DNA of 64,000 nucleotides from Octopus bimaculoides (lineage: Eukaryota). The stretch is taken from contig NC_068988.1 of assembly GCF_001194135.2 (NCBI RefSeq), positions 3,619,245 through 3,683,244 on the forward strand. Reading direction: 5' to 3'. Shown here in pieces: positions 13,721 through 25,850 of the stretch. The notes below the pieces were generated by a model that saw only the letters and a program-made list of their open reading frames with translations, was not told where the DNA came from and ran no database searches. Position numbers and translations under genes: made by a program. Within the stretch, counting starts at the first letter, position 1, and every line of letters starts with the position of its first letter.

Positions 13721-14144
13721 GCTATGGCAATAAATCTTAGTTTGCTTTTTCCTTTCATCCACTACAACAATGTCTGGTCTTCAGGCATCTATTCAAGAGT
13801 CACTTTGGATTGTAAAACCTCACAAGATTTTATATTCTTCTTATTCTTCTCATTATTATTATTATTGAGTGAGAGAGCAGCATATGCCATCAAAGTGACA
13901 CTGGCGTACAATTATATGAAGCCCAGTATACCCATCATGACTACCTGTCTTATAAGGGTACATCAAACACATGCATCCCAACCACATGTATGCAGCATGG
14001 TGATCTTATATCAAGATAAACACCGCATGACCTTGCCGGTGGAGCCCAGTTAGAATTCTCTTCAGGTTGATCTTAGGCCGCTATGATAAACCCTTCTGAT
14101 TCTGATTTTAAGCCAGAAGACACTAACTACTGATGGGTAAAGGC

Positions 14145-14147
<3 letters not shown>

Positions 14148-14213
<66 letters not shown>
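14148..14213. repeat. (ATT)n microsatellite
   Basis: About 22 perfect units. Confidence 0.95.
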
Positions 14214-14214
<1 letters not shown>

Positions 14215-15344
14215 CTACCACCATTGTTATTACTAATCAACTTATGTATGTTTATCATAGTCATTATTGTTGCAGTCAGTAATACTGCCAATCAACCTTG
14301 ACAGGTGTGTCATCTCCACTGATATTGTCATCAATCACTAACAATCTCTCTATCACTGGTTATTTCCCATTATCCATCATCCTGCCAATGAGCCGCAATT
14401 AAACATTATTACCATAAACTCTTCGAGGGACTTCTTTCTATTTAGTCATTTGACCTGCTGTACCTAACAGCCAGATTTCTCTCAGACAACATTGGATGAT
14501 GTGGTTCACAAGAAACGAACATTACTTTTCTACAAACCAATGAGACAGATTGCTCGCCCTGCTAGAAATAGCAGCTAAACTTCCTCCAAATTTTGCACTG
14601 CTTAAATGGATAACTGAGTTCTAGATTATGGCTGAGAAACAATTTCGTCTTGCTGGTAAAACTATGTGTTGCACTCACGTTGTAATGTCTGTTAGTCACT
14701 TCTCAACCTCTCTTTTCTAATATGACATCAATGTTGTTGTTGCTGTCTTTCTTACCTCTTTGCTTGTATCTCTTCTGTCTTATTTACACAACTCACAACA
14801 ACACTATTTGTACTTATAAAATCTTTGATCTCTTACACTTGTCCGTATTGAGAATAACCATTCCACTTATTCTCATTCACAGATTATAATCATTTGTTTG
14901 GCTCTACAAATGCTGTTAATATTATATTTGTATACTGTAGTTCAAATCACAATTAATACCAACAAAAGTGTAATCAAGAGATTAAAATAGAAATTTTTTG
15001 CTTATTGCTTTACATCTGTCAAAGACAACTTTTTGGTCTTGATTGAGCATAATGTGTGTTTTGAAGTTACAAAACATGCAATTTGAATGCAACAACCACA
15101 AGACTGCTGGAGCATTTAAAAAGTAAACACCCAATGAGAACAACTCAATTAAAAGACTTCCTACCAAATGTTCCTGCCAAATGCTTTTGGATTTTGATAG
15201 TTACCAAAACCATTTCCTTGTTGAGATCACAGCTGTAGCCTAAACCAGTGTTGCATAGCCAACCCATTTAAAAAATACCATTGAATCGTCAGGCAACATG
15301 CCATGCTTGAAGAGACCTATTGAATCAAGTAAAATCAAATCACA

Positions 15345-15760
15345 ATCAAAAATGAAAATTGTAGTTGTGGTTGATGCCAGTGCCACCTGACTGGCTCTCG
15401 TGCTGGTGGCACACAACAAGCACCATTCATGCGTGGATTATGCTAGTGCCACCTGACTGGCTCCCTATGCTGGTGGCACATAAAAAGCACCATCCAAACG
15501 TAGTTTATGCCAGTGCCACCTGACTGGCTCCCTATGCTGGTGGCACATAAAAAAGCACCATCCAAACGTGGTTTATGCTAGTGCTGCCTGACTGGCACAT
15601 AAAAAGCACCCACTACACTCTTGGAGTGGCTGGTGTTAAGAAGGGCATCCAGCTGTAGGAACGTTGTCAAGTCAGATTGGAGCCTGATGTGGCCTCCTGG
15701 CTTGACAGTCCTCAGTCAAACCATCCAACCCATGCCAGCATGGAAAACAGACTGTTTGAA
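15345..15760 (+). mobile_element. Family C element with internal ~57-bp tandem array
   Basis: Three units plus a partial of atgc(c/t)agtgccacctgactggctccctatgctggtggcacataaaaagcaccat..., followed by the shared tail gggcatccagctgtag...ccaacccatgccagcatggaaaac. Confidence 0.75.
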
Positions 15761-16059
15761 GTGGCATCGGATTTATCTAGGAAAAAGCATCTCACTCAGC
15801 TCTAAAAGAGATTGTCAGGCCATGCTAACCTTAAATTGGTAGAACTTTTCCCAAGGAGCAGCAAAGAAAGTCCAAGAGATTTATCTTTTCATTAATGTGA
15901 TTGTGAGTGAAGATGTCTAAATGTGTGAGAATGTCCTTATCCAGGGAACAAACAAAATCAATCAATCCCAGAATCTCATCAATTAAGCTGGAGATATTGA
16001 TTCACATTTGAAACATGAACCAATGTAATAATTGTATAAAATTATTGGCTTCAAATTTT

Positions 16060-16310
16060 GGTACAAGGCCAGCAATTTCAGAGGTGGAGAGGAGAAGTCA
16101 ATTACATCAACCCAAGTATACAGCTGGTACTTATTTCATCAAACACAAAAGGATGAATGGCAAAGTTGACCTCAGCAGCATTTGAAATTAGAACTTGGAG
16201 ACAGACGAAATACCACTGGGCATTTTGCCCTGTGGGCTAATGACCCTGCTAGATCTCCACCTTTAAAACATTGTGTCCAGCATGCTAACGAGTTTTCCAG
16301 CTTGCTGCTA
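16060..16310 (-). mobile_element. tRNA-derived SINE family A (chimeric double head); donor of the 25113-25249 insertion
   Basis: Reverse complement of gcag...cgttagc...ttctaatttcaaat...gaggtcaactttgcc(a/t)ttcatcctttt, as in the copies at 19102, 40121 and 40571. Confidence 0.7.
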
Positions 16311-16329
16311 TAATAAGGTATAACTATTA

Positions 16330-17786
16330 GTATCCAATACATGTCTGATGATTCTTTGAAGAATGAGATTTTGTTTTCGGAACTGTTGCTAACCACGACC
16401 AAAACTGCTGATATTTTCCATTTCCCTAACAATGTTTTTGACAGAAACTACACTGGAAAATTCTAGGATCTGTATGAACTGATTGTGTGCCATTCTTGGG
16501 CATAATTCCAATAGCTTTGTAGTTCCACTGAAGGGGAGGATATCTCAGTTAATAATGTACCATTACATACTTCATTACCATGCAATTGCAGTGAAGATTT
16601 TAGCACCTAAATTTAAAGAAGTTGTGGATATTGTAATTAAAACTAAATTTTATTCGCAACAAATCTGTTAGGATTTCTGAGAGGCTTCAGGAAGTACTTC
16701 TCCGCTTTGACATTTATAAGGCTGGATTACAAATTGGGTTGTTATTTTATCTAAGGAAATTGCTATTTTCTTCCAAGAACATGGAAACAATTTGTATAGA
16801 AGGTTAAGAATCATAAATTCATTTTTCCTGTTGCCTATTTGTCAGACATATTCAGCCATTTGAATGAACTGGACCTCACAATATAGGGATTCAAAGCAAA
16901 CTTAATAGGGTTAAGGTATTTAAGAAAAAGGTTGTACTTTGGAAGCATTGAACTGAAAAGAAATTTTCCTTTTATTTCCTCTTCTTGTCAAAAGGGTCAG
17001 CAAATAGTTAGAAATTGATGGATCTTCAAAAGAAAGAACTGGTAGTCACTTGTCAGAGCTTCGAAATATATTGAAAAAGCAACATGCTAAAGGTAACTAT
17101 TGACAACTAGATCTGGCAAGTATTGGATATGAATGATACTGAAAATCTTAAAGTGGAGTTGCTGGAACTACACAGTAATGAAGCCAGTAAAATTCTTTTC
17201 TGATAACTTGACAGACTTCTGGTAAAAACAGCTAACTGCATACCCTCAACTTGCAATGATAGCATTAGAATCAAAAATTCCATTTCCAACAACTTATCTC
17301 TGTAAAGCTGCTTTTTCTACAATACTGCATATAAAATAAGACCAGAAACAGAATGGAATCAAGCCGCATTCATTGCATGAGATTAGTGCTGACAAATACT
17401 AAACCAAATATTAAGAAACTAGTAATAAAAAAAAATAAATAAATAAGCTGCAACAAAAGAGTAATTAATTTTATTGTTCTTTGTTTTGTATAAACCATGT
17501 TTGTTGTTAACCACATGAAGATAGTCATTTTCATGAAGTTGCTTCTTAATTGACTATAAATTTTTTATGATCATGTTTGATTTTCTTTCTTATTTTTTGT
17601 TGTTTATTTTTTTCTTCTAACAATTTCCATGTTAATACAAAAAAAAAAAACTGTATAAGGAACAAATTTAAATTAAATTTTTCCTTGTCTTTGACTATCG
17701 CTGCAGGAGGTTCAAGGAGGGGTACGGGTAGATTTGACTGATTATACAACAGATGTCTGACTGACAAAAGGTTAAAAGAAACAATG
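16330..17786 (+). mobile_element. Decayed hAT transposon, Buster/Charlie (ZBED5/SCAND3-like) transposase remnant
   Basis: Fragments YMSDDSLKNEILFSELLLTTTKTADIF, HYILHYHAIAVKILAPKFKEVVDIVIK, VAYLSDIFSHLNELDLTI*G and PFPTTYLCKAAFSTILHIK match Buster-family motifs (HCxIH, LAYLxDIFxxLNxLN, PFxxTYLCExxFS). The hAT-like 3' end is ggggtacg...aaaaggtt. Many stops and frameshifts. Confidence 0.85.
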
Positions 17787-17791
17787 CTTAA

Positions 17792-18376
17792 CTCTGTTGC
17801 ACTGTGTTCCCATATGGCAGGAATAGCCTAAACGTAGTCTCTACCAGATTCCCATTAAAGTGGTTATAAAGAGAGACACACAGAGAAAAAGATGAAATAC
17901 GAAACATAGACATGCATTTACTTAGCAGCCATTGTTTATGACTCATTGTTAACAGGGACCCCCCCAAAGCTGTTGTTTACTTTTGTTTTAATTGAAAAAA
18001 CGGATTTAATTGCAATGAAACAAGCATGTAATGAACCTAGTTCTTCACCTGGTAAATGAGTGTGAGAGACCTAGACTCTTTACAGTTGAAGAAATTATTG
18101 GTGATGTTTACTTTTCAGATGAAGTATTTATCCTTACATAGAAAATGAATGTCATTCAGACATTCAAACTAGTGAAACTGATGAGGAAATTAGTGACATG
18201 GGGGAACAAATATGGTAGTTGTGAGATAGGCATATTATAATCCTCCTGAATTATTTTGTTATTCTGTTCATTAGTTTTCCTGTAATCCTTGCTCTTGAGC
18301 TGTGTATGCAACTGTTTATTTTTAAATTTTTATTTTAGGAGCCTAGGTGGAGGGTAAAGTTAGTGGTCTGAGAGGG
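17792..18376 (+). mobile_element. Possible internally deleted piggyBac-like element
   Basis: TTAA at 17788 and 18377, 3' end gtggtctgagaggg|TTAA, acidic N-terminal-like fragments RPRLFTVEEIIGDVYFSDE / ENECHSDIQTSETDEEISD. The two termini match each other poorly. Confidence 0.35.
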
Positions 18377-19101
18377 TTAAGGCAATATTGTCTGCTCCAA
18401 CTAACAACATCTCTTCTCGTTACCTTCTGCTCTGTTTTAATTTTGTGAGAGGAAGACTCTAGTTTGTATATACTGATTTCATAACAACAGCAACAATTAT
18501 AATAATTAAGATCCGATTGTAGAATCATGTTTAATTTATTTTGTAATATTGAAGATAATAAAAATAATAATTTGCCTTCACATATATGTATTTTGATCTT
18601 AATTTGATCTCTTCAGTGTGATATTGAATTTAATATTATTTATGGCAATCAGATAAGTCAGAAAGTCAATTTTTTAATCAGATGAAATAAATACAGTTTG
18701 GGTTTTTTTGTTTTTGTTTTTTTTTTTCAAACCAGGGCAGTAAGCAAGTGAAAGAAAGACAGGGTGATGAATGAACTCAGTGAATTATTTTTCAAATCGG
18801 AAAAATAAAGACAACTAGAGCGAGGGAAAATTTTGAATGGATTAATTTGTTTTTCCTGCCATAAGCTTTGATGGCAGTTCTATCCTGAATTCAAATGTTC
18901 ATGGAAAAATTTCCATTTAAAATGTTGTTCCTTTTTTCTTGGATTTTTGTTCAATATCACAATGTTGTGATCAAATGAAGATTGAAATATATATGTGATT
19001 GGAATTTTATTGTCTTTATAATCTTCATTGCCACCAAATAAATCCAAAACATATTAAATATCATTCCAAAATTAAATTTAAATATTATTATTATTATTAC
19101 T

Positions 19102-19280
19102 AAGGCAGGAAAAGCTGGCAGAATTGTTACTGCATGAGGATAAAATGCTCAGCAGTATTTCTTCCATTGCTTTATGTTCTGAGTTCAAATTCTGCTGAGG
19201 TCAACTTTGCCTTTCATCCTTTCGGGGTTGATAGAATGAGTACCAGTTGAGTACTGGGGGGTCAATGTAATTGACTTAGA
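19102..19280 (+). mobile_element. tRNA-derived SINE family A
   Basis: gctggcagaattgtta...gttctgagttcaaattc...gaggtcaactttgcctttcatcctttcgggg core. Confidence 0.75.
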
Positions 19281-19284
19281 ACTT

Positions 19285-19789
19285 TGCAGGCCTACAAGTC
19301 TTGGAAATCCATTGGCCCAATGGTTCCTCTTTGTGGCAGAATTAATAGTCAAGACTATTTAAGCATTTTATCTGATCAAATTAATCTTATGTTGCGGAAC
19401 TGTTTCCGGAGGGAAAGCAATCTTTCGGGATGATAATGCATCAATTCACACAGCTAAATTTGTTACTGAATGGCATGAGGAACATTTGAGTGGAGTTGAA
19501 CATTTTATCTGGCCACCACAGTTAACAAATTTCAATATTATTGAACATTTATGGTGCATTTTAGAAAAAAAAGTAAGGAGTCGATATCCTCCACCATCAC
19601 CACTACAAGAACTGGAGATTGTTTTAGCTGAAGAATGGACAAAATTTCCTTTGGAAACAATTCAAACTTTGTATGAGTCCATACCATGTAGAATTCAAGC
19701 TGTAATTACTGCCAAAGGCGGTCCTACCCCATATTAAAATAAATTTGTTTGAAATTTTAAGGTGCTTCCATTATTTTGTCCAACCCCTG
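19285..19789 (+). mobile_element. 5'-truncated Tc1-like transposon, DD36E spacing
   Basis: AIFRDDNASIHTAKFVTEWHEEHLSGVEHFIWPPQLTNFNIIEHLW...RIQAVITAKGGPTPY*: 36 residues from D to E. 3' TIR ttattttgtccaacccctg followed by TA. Confidence 0.9.
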
Positions 19790-19794
19790 TATCT

Positions 19795-19984
19795 GGTTTT
19801 GAAAGTAAACTCTTCATGTATATATGAAACAGTTGTGACTTCTGGGACTCGACTGATGAAAGAAGGCCATGAATGACCCATCTTTTTTTTTTTGCCTGTC
19901 CTTCTAATTGTTGTTTCTCTTGTCTGCCTCCTATTGTCTATCTGTCTGAATGTGTTATTGCACTCTATTGCGTTTTTGTTCCAT

Positions 19985-20047
<63 letters not shown>

Positions 20048-20235
20048 GCACCATGATTGACTGCTAAATCCACAAGTTTTTTTTATTCCCTCTCTGTTTA
20101 TTTCCTTGTGATCCTTTCTATTCAAGACGATAGGCTCGAAATGTAAAAGACTTTCTCACCTTCCCAAACGTCAGTCTAATACACCTGCTTGTTGTATATA
20201 CACCTGTCTTCATCTTTAGTTTTTCTGTAAATTTC

Positions 20236-20250
<15 letters not shown>
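19795..20250 (+). mobile_element. Possible second PLE-type non-autonomous repeat with degenerate hammerhead-like cores
   Basis: cttt-ctattca-agacgataggctc-gaaat-gta-aaag at 20114-20149, plus gaaacagttgt and ctgatga at 19827-19859; microsatellite-interrupted and heavily decayed. Confidence 0.3.
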
Positions 20251-20276
<26 letters not shown>

Positions 20277-22338
20277 TACAAGCACACACTAACCCATCCC
20301 ACTATGTATTATGGCTTGGCCATGTATCTCCTCTAAAGCAAGACACTTGTTCCTGTCTCTCATTCAATTGAAGGAGCTTTTTATTTTGTCTTGTAAGCTA
20401 CATGATAATCACACTACTGCTGGTGTCACAAAAGAGCAAATAGTACACCCGTAAAGTGATTAGGAAGTGCAGCCAGGTGTAGAAGCCATGCAAAAGCTGA
20501 CAGTGAAACACAATGCAGTCCTCCAGCTCATCAGATCCTATCAAACCATCCAAGCAGAGAAGAGAGATGTTTGTTGATGATGATTGGGATATGTGTTTGT
20601 ATTTATTTAAGGAGAGAGAGAGTGGTGCTGTGAGAACAACTGTATACAAAGAAAAAACTATTATTTCACATTTTGCTACACATATATGCAATATAACTTG
20701 GAAGCTTCTACGTGGTTGCTGAATTTGCAAGAAACAGTAGCCAAATTTCTCTTATACTACACAACCCCTCTGAAATAAAAATAAAAGAAGGAAGACATAT
20801 GAGATGATGTAATCCTAGAATAGGTATTAACAAGACAGCATGTTTGAGTGTAAAATACCTTTCATCATAAACTGGCTTGATTATCACCTACAACAACCAA
20901 TCCTATACACATACACGTAATTTATACAAAAGACAGTAAACTGATTTAAAGACATGATGACATATCTTAAGGGGTTGGGGGTCATTCTGTCAATAAAGTG
21001 TATATTTTTTTTTACCGTCCAAAGATGCAATAGCATTTTATAATTCCTTTTTCATTTTTGCTGAAAGAAGTTAAAGTAAAAAGTAAATCTCAAAAGTAGC
21101 ACTAGACATTAATTTTTATGAAAAGATTAGTCATTTTGCTTTAAGAAGCAAAATGACTAAATAGAGAATAAATTGAAAGATTAAAAAAAAAACTCATTAA
21201 AGTCCTTTCTTTATGAATTATAACAAATTGTAACAGACAAGCAAATCTCTTTTTGAGGTAATTAATTTTAATTTCAGAGAAAATATTCATGTTGTTTTAT
21301 GAACATCATTTATCAGTAAAAGAGTAAGCTACTTGAAGTCAAATTGGGTCTAATTGTAAATAGCTGTGCTCATCGAACAAAGATTGCTTAATTCAATTAA
21401 CTTGTCACAAATTAAGTTCTAATAACATCAGAACAAGAAGAAGATGAATAAGAAGAAGTCTTTCTTTTGATGAGTCTTTGTGATTGACTCTGATGCTATT
21501 TTAATTAGTCACTCTTTTGTCTGTCATCTCTCCTTTGGACAACCCAACATGAACAAAACTGAACACAAAGCATATACGCAGTTTAAAGTTTACTGAAATG
21601 AATTAACTCTCAAAAGCAATTAGTATTTCAGTCACTGATAACAGAACAGTCTCTATTGGGTGCTATAAATAGAGCATCATCCTCAAAGTTAACAAATATA
21701 ACACAAGTTATATCATAGAGACCAAACAGAGAGAAGCTGGTTAAGTATATAAGGTATTAGGCAACTAATTAAGGAGTAATGAACCGGAAGTTAACACCTG
21801 CTGCAGATCTTTTAGTCTTGTTATTCTTTAGCCCCAGATCAGCCCTGACTGAGTAAACCTATGATCAACGACATTCCTGCTGTGACCACCTCATCTTTAT
21901 CATGATATAGTGTTTGCAGAATCACAGTAAAGTGTGATTTGAGAAAAATTGGTAACAATATGTCGCTAGCAGAACCATTAGCATGGCGGATGAAATGCTT
22001 GGCATCATTTTGCCCACCTTTATGTTCTGAGCTCAAAACTGCCGGCCTTGTGCCAAAATTCGAGACCAATAGGTTGCAGTATAAGTAGTATAAGCTCTCT
22101 CACACTTTTGCTATTATTGTTTAGCCCCGGGTCAGCCCTGGCTAAGCAGATCTATCAACAAAGACATTTCAGTTGTAACCATCCCAGCTTTTTTAGGGCT
22201 ACTTCAAACTGCATTAACCTCCCTTATTTAAGATTTCATAGATTAGTTTGCCTACTATTTCTAGCAGAGCAATTGACCCTGCAGAAGCATACTTGTTGTT
22301 CTTGTGGTGTAGAAACTGTCACATTTTACTTTCCTTAC

Positions 22339-22457
22339 CAAACTTAGCTCTTGCTTTTGGCCTGGCCTCGACAGGACAGCTTTTTCCAGTTTAGAAACAT
22401 GAATGTCATCTATGTCTAGCTTTACTACTGTCAGTTATCAGCTCATAAGTATTTTTG
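22339..22457 (-). other. Candidate (probably non-coding) exon
   Basis: Minus-strand pyrimidine tract plus aag acceptor, donor TTG|gtaagg. Stops in all frames from the acceptor. Confidence 0.2.
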
Positions 22458-22919
22458 CTTTACAAAGAAGAAAATATATCTCAACATTTCTGTACACATT
22501 ACCCAGTGAACTTGGTAAAACAAGAAAATAAACATATTTTCCAAAGCACTTTTACTGCCACACATATCTAATAGAATTAAATATACAACAGGCTTATAAA
22601 CACTTTAATGCAAAATTGGTCGTGATTGGGGCTCTAAATTAAGGTTAGTTACATACTGGTATGAATTTTGTTCCATTTAGAACCATTTACAGAGAATGTC
22701 CTGTGTAATAACTATTGCCCTTTTCGCCCAAAAATTCAGGAGCGATCTGTGTCCCTGTTGGTATGCATATAAAAGAAAATTTATATATAATTCATTCTTG
22801 GTCCTATACCTATGAAATAGTCTGTAATTTTCTGTGTTAATATATACAAATGAGATAAATTTCCCAAATCTAGAGCTTTTGTGTCATTAAAGCAGAATGT
22901 TTTACTGTGTCTTCCACAG

Positions 22920-22990
22920 CTAATTCAGTATATGGGAGACAGATAACCAGCCAACCCAGATATCATCTTCTTCTTCTTTGACCTAATATG
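22920..22990 (+). other. Candidate non-coding exon
   Basis: Acceptor ttttactgtgtcttccacag, donor ATG|gtaata. Stops in all three frames. Confidence 0.2.
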
Positions 22991-24714
22991 GTAATACTAA
23001 TAATGATAATCCTTCTTCTATTGGCACAAGGTTTGAAATTTTTGTGAGTGGGGATTTGTCAATGTAATTGACCCCAGTTGAAAAAAGAGTAATGACACTT
23101 GTCAAGGTAAAAATGTTTCATTAGTGGCATTAAAGTTGACTGCTTTTACTCCTAGACTCTGTCAGTGATATTATCCAAACCATTGAATATATATAGCGTG
23201 TGCATGCATGTTATGTATGTAATTATATGTATGCTTGTCTATGTGTGTGCACACCAGAGTCTAATTACACAAGAAAACATATATCATTCTTGCGTTATAC
23301 AGAAATTAATGGCATAAAAACATAAAACATATTCTGTTGTAAAATCAAAAAGAAAATCTTAAAAATGAAAATCTTTTAGTCTGAAAATTAGAAGACCTTG
23401 TTGGCAAGGAAAAAGAACTTGAAAATACCATAAACATCACAAACTTAAATCAAGAACCTATGTGCAGACTTGTGAAACTAATGCAAAAAACAGTTGATTT
23501 GCTGAGAATAAGCGCCGCTTTAATCTATTTCCCTAATTATAAACTCTCATAATTACATAGCAACAAAATGTATAGACAGGACTTGAACTTATGTCCAATA
23601 ATTTCATAATCAAGAATTCACTTCTACACAAGAAAGAATTGGACTTCATTGCAAATATGTAGTTTAACTTTACCAAGACAAATTGTTTCTCTATTATTTG
23701 GAGAAGAAATGTAAAGCAGCTTGCTTCCTATCAGAGTTTTATTCTTTCCACAAATGTAATACAAAAGAAATTACTTCTGCAATATTTTTGATCTCTAATT
23801 AATATTCTGCAAAATTAAGCTTTCCCCTCCCTCTTTCTCCTCCTCTTCACTAGTAGTAAGTAATTTTTTTCTGTTTGTTTAATGGTGATTATAGAAATCA
23901 TGCCATTTATCTGATGGCTATATCTCCATTGACCGGAAGCTACCTGATAAAGCATCAAATAGCAAGTTCATTAAAGTCAGAGAAAATTTCTTGTTTCAAC
24001 AACATAACCAAAAATTTCCTTCAGGCATTTTAACTAAGACAATGCTTTATTCCATCAATTTCTGTTTTCTTCAAATAATAATTTAAATTTCTAGCATGGT
24101 GTGAACTCCTTTGATCTCTGATGCAGTGAAAGATTATTGAGATAATTCTGTTGAGGAACAGGATGTCAATTTGTCTGAAATCTTTGGCTGGGCTTCAGAA
24201 ATAATACCTTCTCTTTGAGAAGACATTGGGATGCTTGCCATAATATTACATCCTCAATTATATCCAAAATTCTCTCAGCTCAGAAGAACTGCCGATTCTT
24301 GGGGTAAAATTACCTAAAAGCCATAATCACTGCTGAAGACATTCATAAAAATTATCTAATCTATGAACATATTTATTTATCTCTATAACAAATTTACATC
24401 TTTATCAGAATTTTCAGCAGGGCTATTTGTTGATGTTATTTATTTTTGATATCCTTGTGTGTGCCCTTCAAGTAAAGAAAAAAGAAACATAAACTTGGGT
24501 TTTACCCAAGAATATTTATGTTATGGTTATGATACGATAAGAACATTTGCTACATGCGTTAGCAAGTAGTGTAGCGCTTAATTTCTACATGAAATTCTTG
24601 TAAGAAAAGTGATAGACTTGAAATGACCCATCCAATTATTTGTTTTTGATATTTGTAAAAATGCACATTTAACAACATATATGCACATGAATGTATGCAA
24701 GTTTATGCGTGAAC

Positions 24715-24758
<44 letters not shown>

Positions 24759-25112
24759 TTGTGTGTATGCTTACTATAATGATATAAAAAGATGGCAAAT
24801 TGGTAGAAGTGCTAAAGTGTTAAATCGAATGTGATATTTGTTCTGGCCTTTTGCAGTTTGAGCTCAAATCCTGCCAAGGTCCACTTACTTTCCATCTTTC
24901 TGGGTTGATAAATTGCCACCCCAGGGCTGTAGCTTGACAAAATTGTTTAAGTATCAAAGAAGATGGTTTGTATTTGGTTTAGATCTTTGTATTCTGAGTT
25001 CATGTTCTGCCAAGGGTCTTAGATATCAATGGAGCACACCAGACTGAGGCACCCACATTTCTCTGTAATTGGGCAAATATTCCATCATCTCAAAGTTGGG
25101 CCATTCTTATAG

Positions 25113-25249
25113 GGAAAACTCGTTAGCATGCTGGACACAATGTTTTAAAGGTGGAGATCTAGCAGGGTCATTAGCCTACAGGGCAAAATGCCCAGTGGTA
25201 TTTCGTCTGTCTCCAAGTTCTAATTTCAAATGCTGCTGAGGTCAACTTT
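25113..25249 (+). repeat. Inverted templated copy of 16162-16298 with 12-bp target duplication
   Basis: 136/137 identity to the reverse complement of 16162-16298; ttcttataggga at 25104-25115 and 25248-25259. Confidence 0.9.
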
Positions 25250-25593
25250 CTTATAGGGACCTTAAAGATCAGTGTCTGTAGGTATTGAACTTATGGTTCT
25301 TTCTCCACAGTAATGAAACTCACAAATGAATACCCCTTGAATTTCAGCAATCTTGAAACCATTTTCAGCCTTACTTTGGCATAGTTTCTACGACTGGACA
25401 CCCTTCCTAAAGCCAATCACTCTACAGAGAATTCTGGGTCCTTGTTTGTGATTCTATTGCTCGCAAAGTATTCCTGTAACTCAGCAGATTAAAGATCACC
25501 CCAGAATGAGTGGGAATGTTAAGAGCTGAGCTGTTCAAGTATGATAGACCAATATCAACGGGTTTCTTGCTACAGAGGAGATACATAATAGGC

Positions 25594-25850
25594 ACATTAT
25601 TTACATTTGACAGATATTTGTCCTCATTTTGTTTGTTGTTAACATGTTTCAGCTGATATACCCTCCAGCCTTCATCAGGTGTCTTGGGGAAATTTCGAAC
25701 CTGGGTTCTCATTCCTAAGGTATTTTTCGATGTTATTATTATTATTATAATATTATTATTATTATTATTATATTATTCAGGTCACTGCCTGGAATCAAAC
25801 TCAGTATCTTGGGGTTAGTAGCCCTTGCTCTTAACCACTATGCCATATTC
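25594..25850 (-). mobile_element. tRNA-headed element: Pol III head + (AAT)n + hammerhead-containing PLE-like terminal repeat
   Basis: Minus strand: A-box tggcatagtgg, B-box gagtttgattcc, (aat)n, then aaaataccttaggaatgagaacccagg...gacacctgatgaaggctggagggtatatcagctgaaac...aaataatgt. Confidence 0.8.
25641..25683 (-). ncRNA. Degenerate minimal hammerhead ribozyme motif
   Basis: gacac CTGATGA a ggctg-gagggtatat-cagct GAAAC atgtt; stem II mismatch and cleavage-site region altered. Confidence 0.5.

Noticed and set aside
15370-15610. CRISPR-like regularly spaced palindromic repeats
   Set aside because: The units are contiguous tandem copies with no unique spacers, lie inside a dispersed eukaryotic repeat, and have no cas genes.
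23350-24420. Protein-like fragments on both strands (e.g. KLEDLVGKEKELENTIN; MASIPMSSQREGIISEAQPK)
   Set aside because: Frequent stops, inconsistent strand and no family motif; cannot be supported as a pseudogene.
25778-25850. tRNA gene (also 1340-1410 and other heads)
   Set aside because: A and B boxes are present, but no complete cloverleaf acceptor stem or T-run terminator was seen; each continues into a SINE body.
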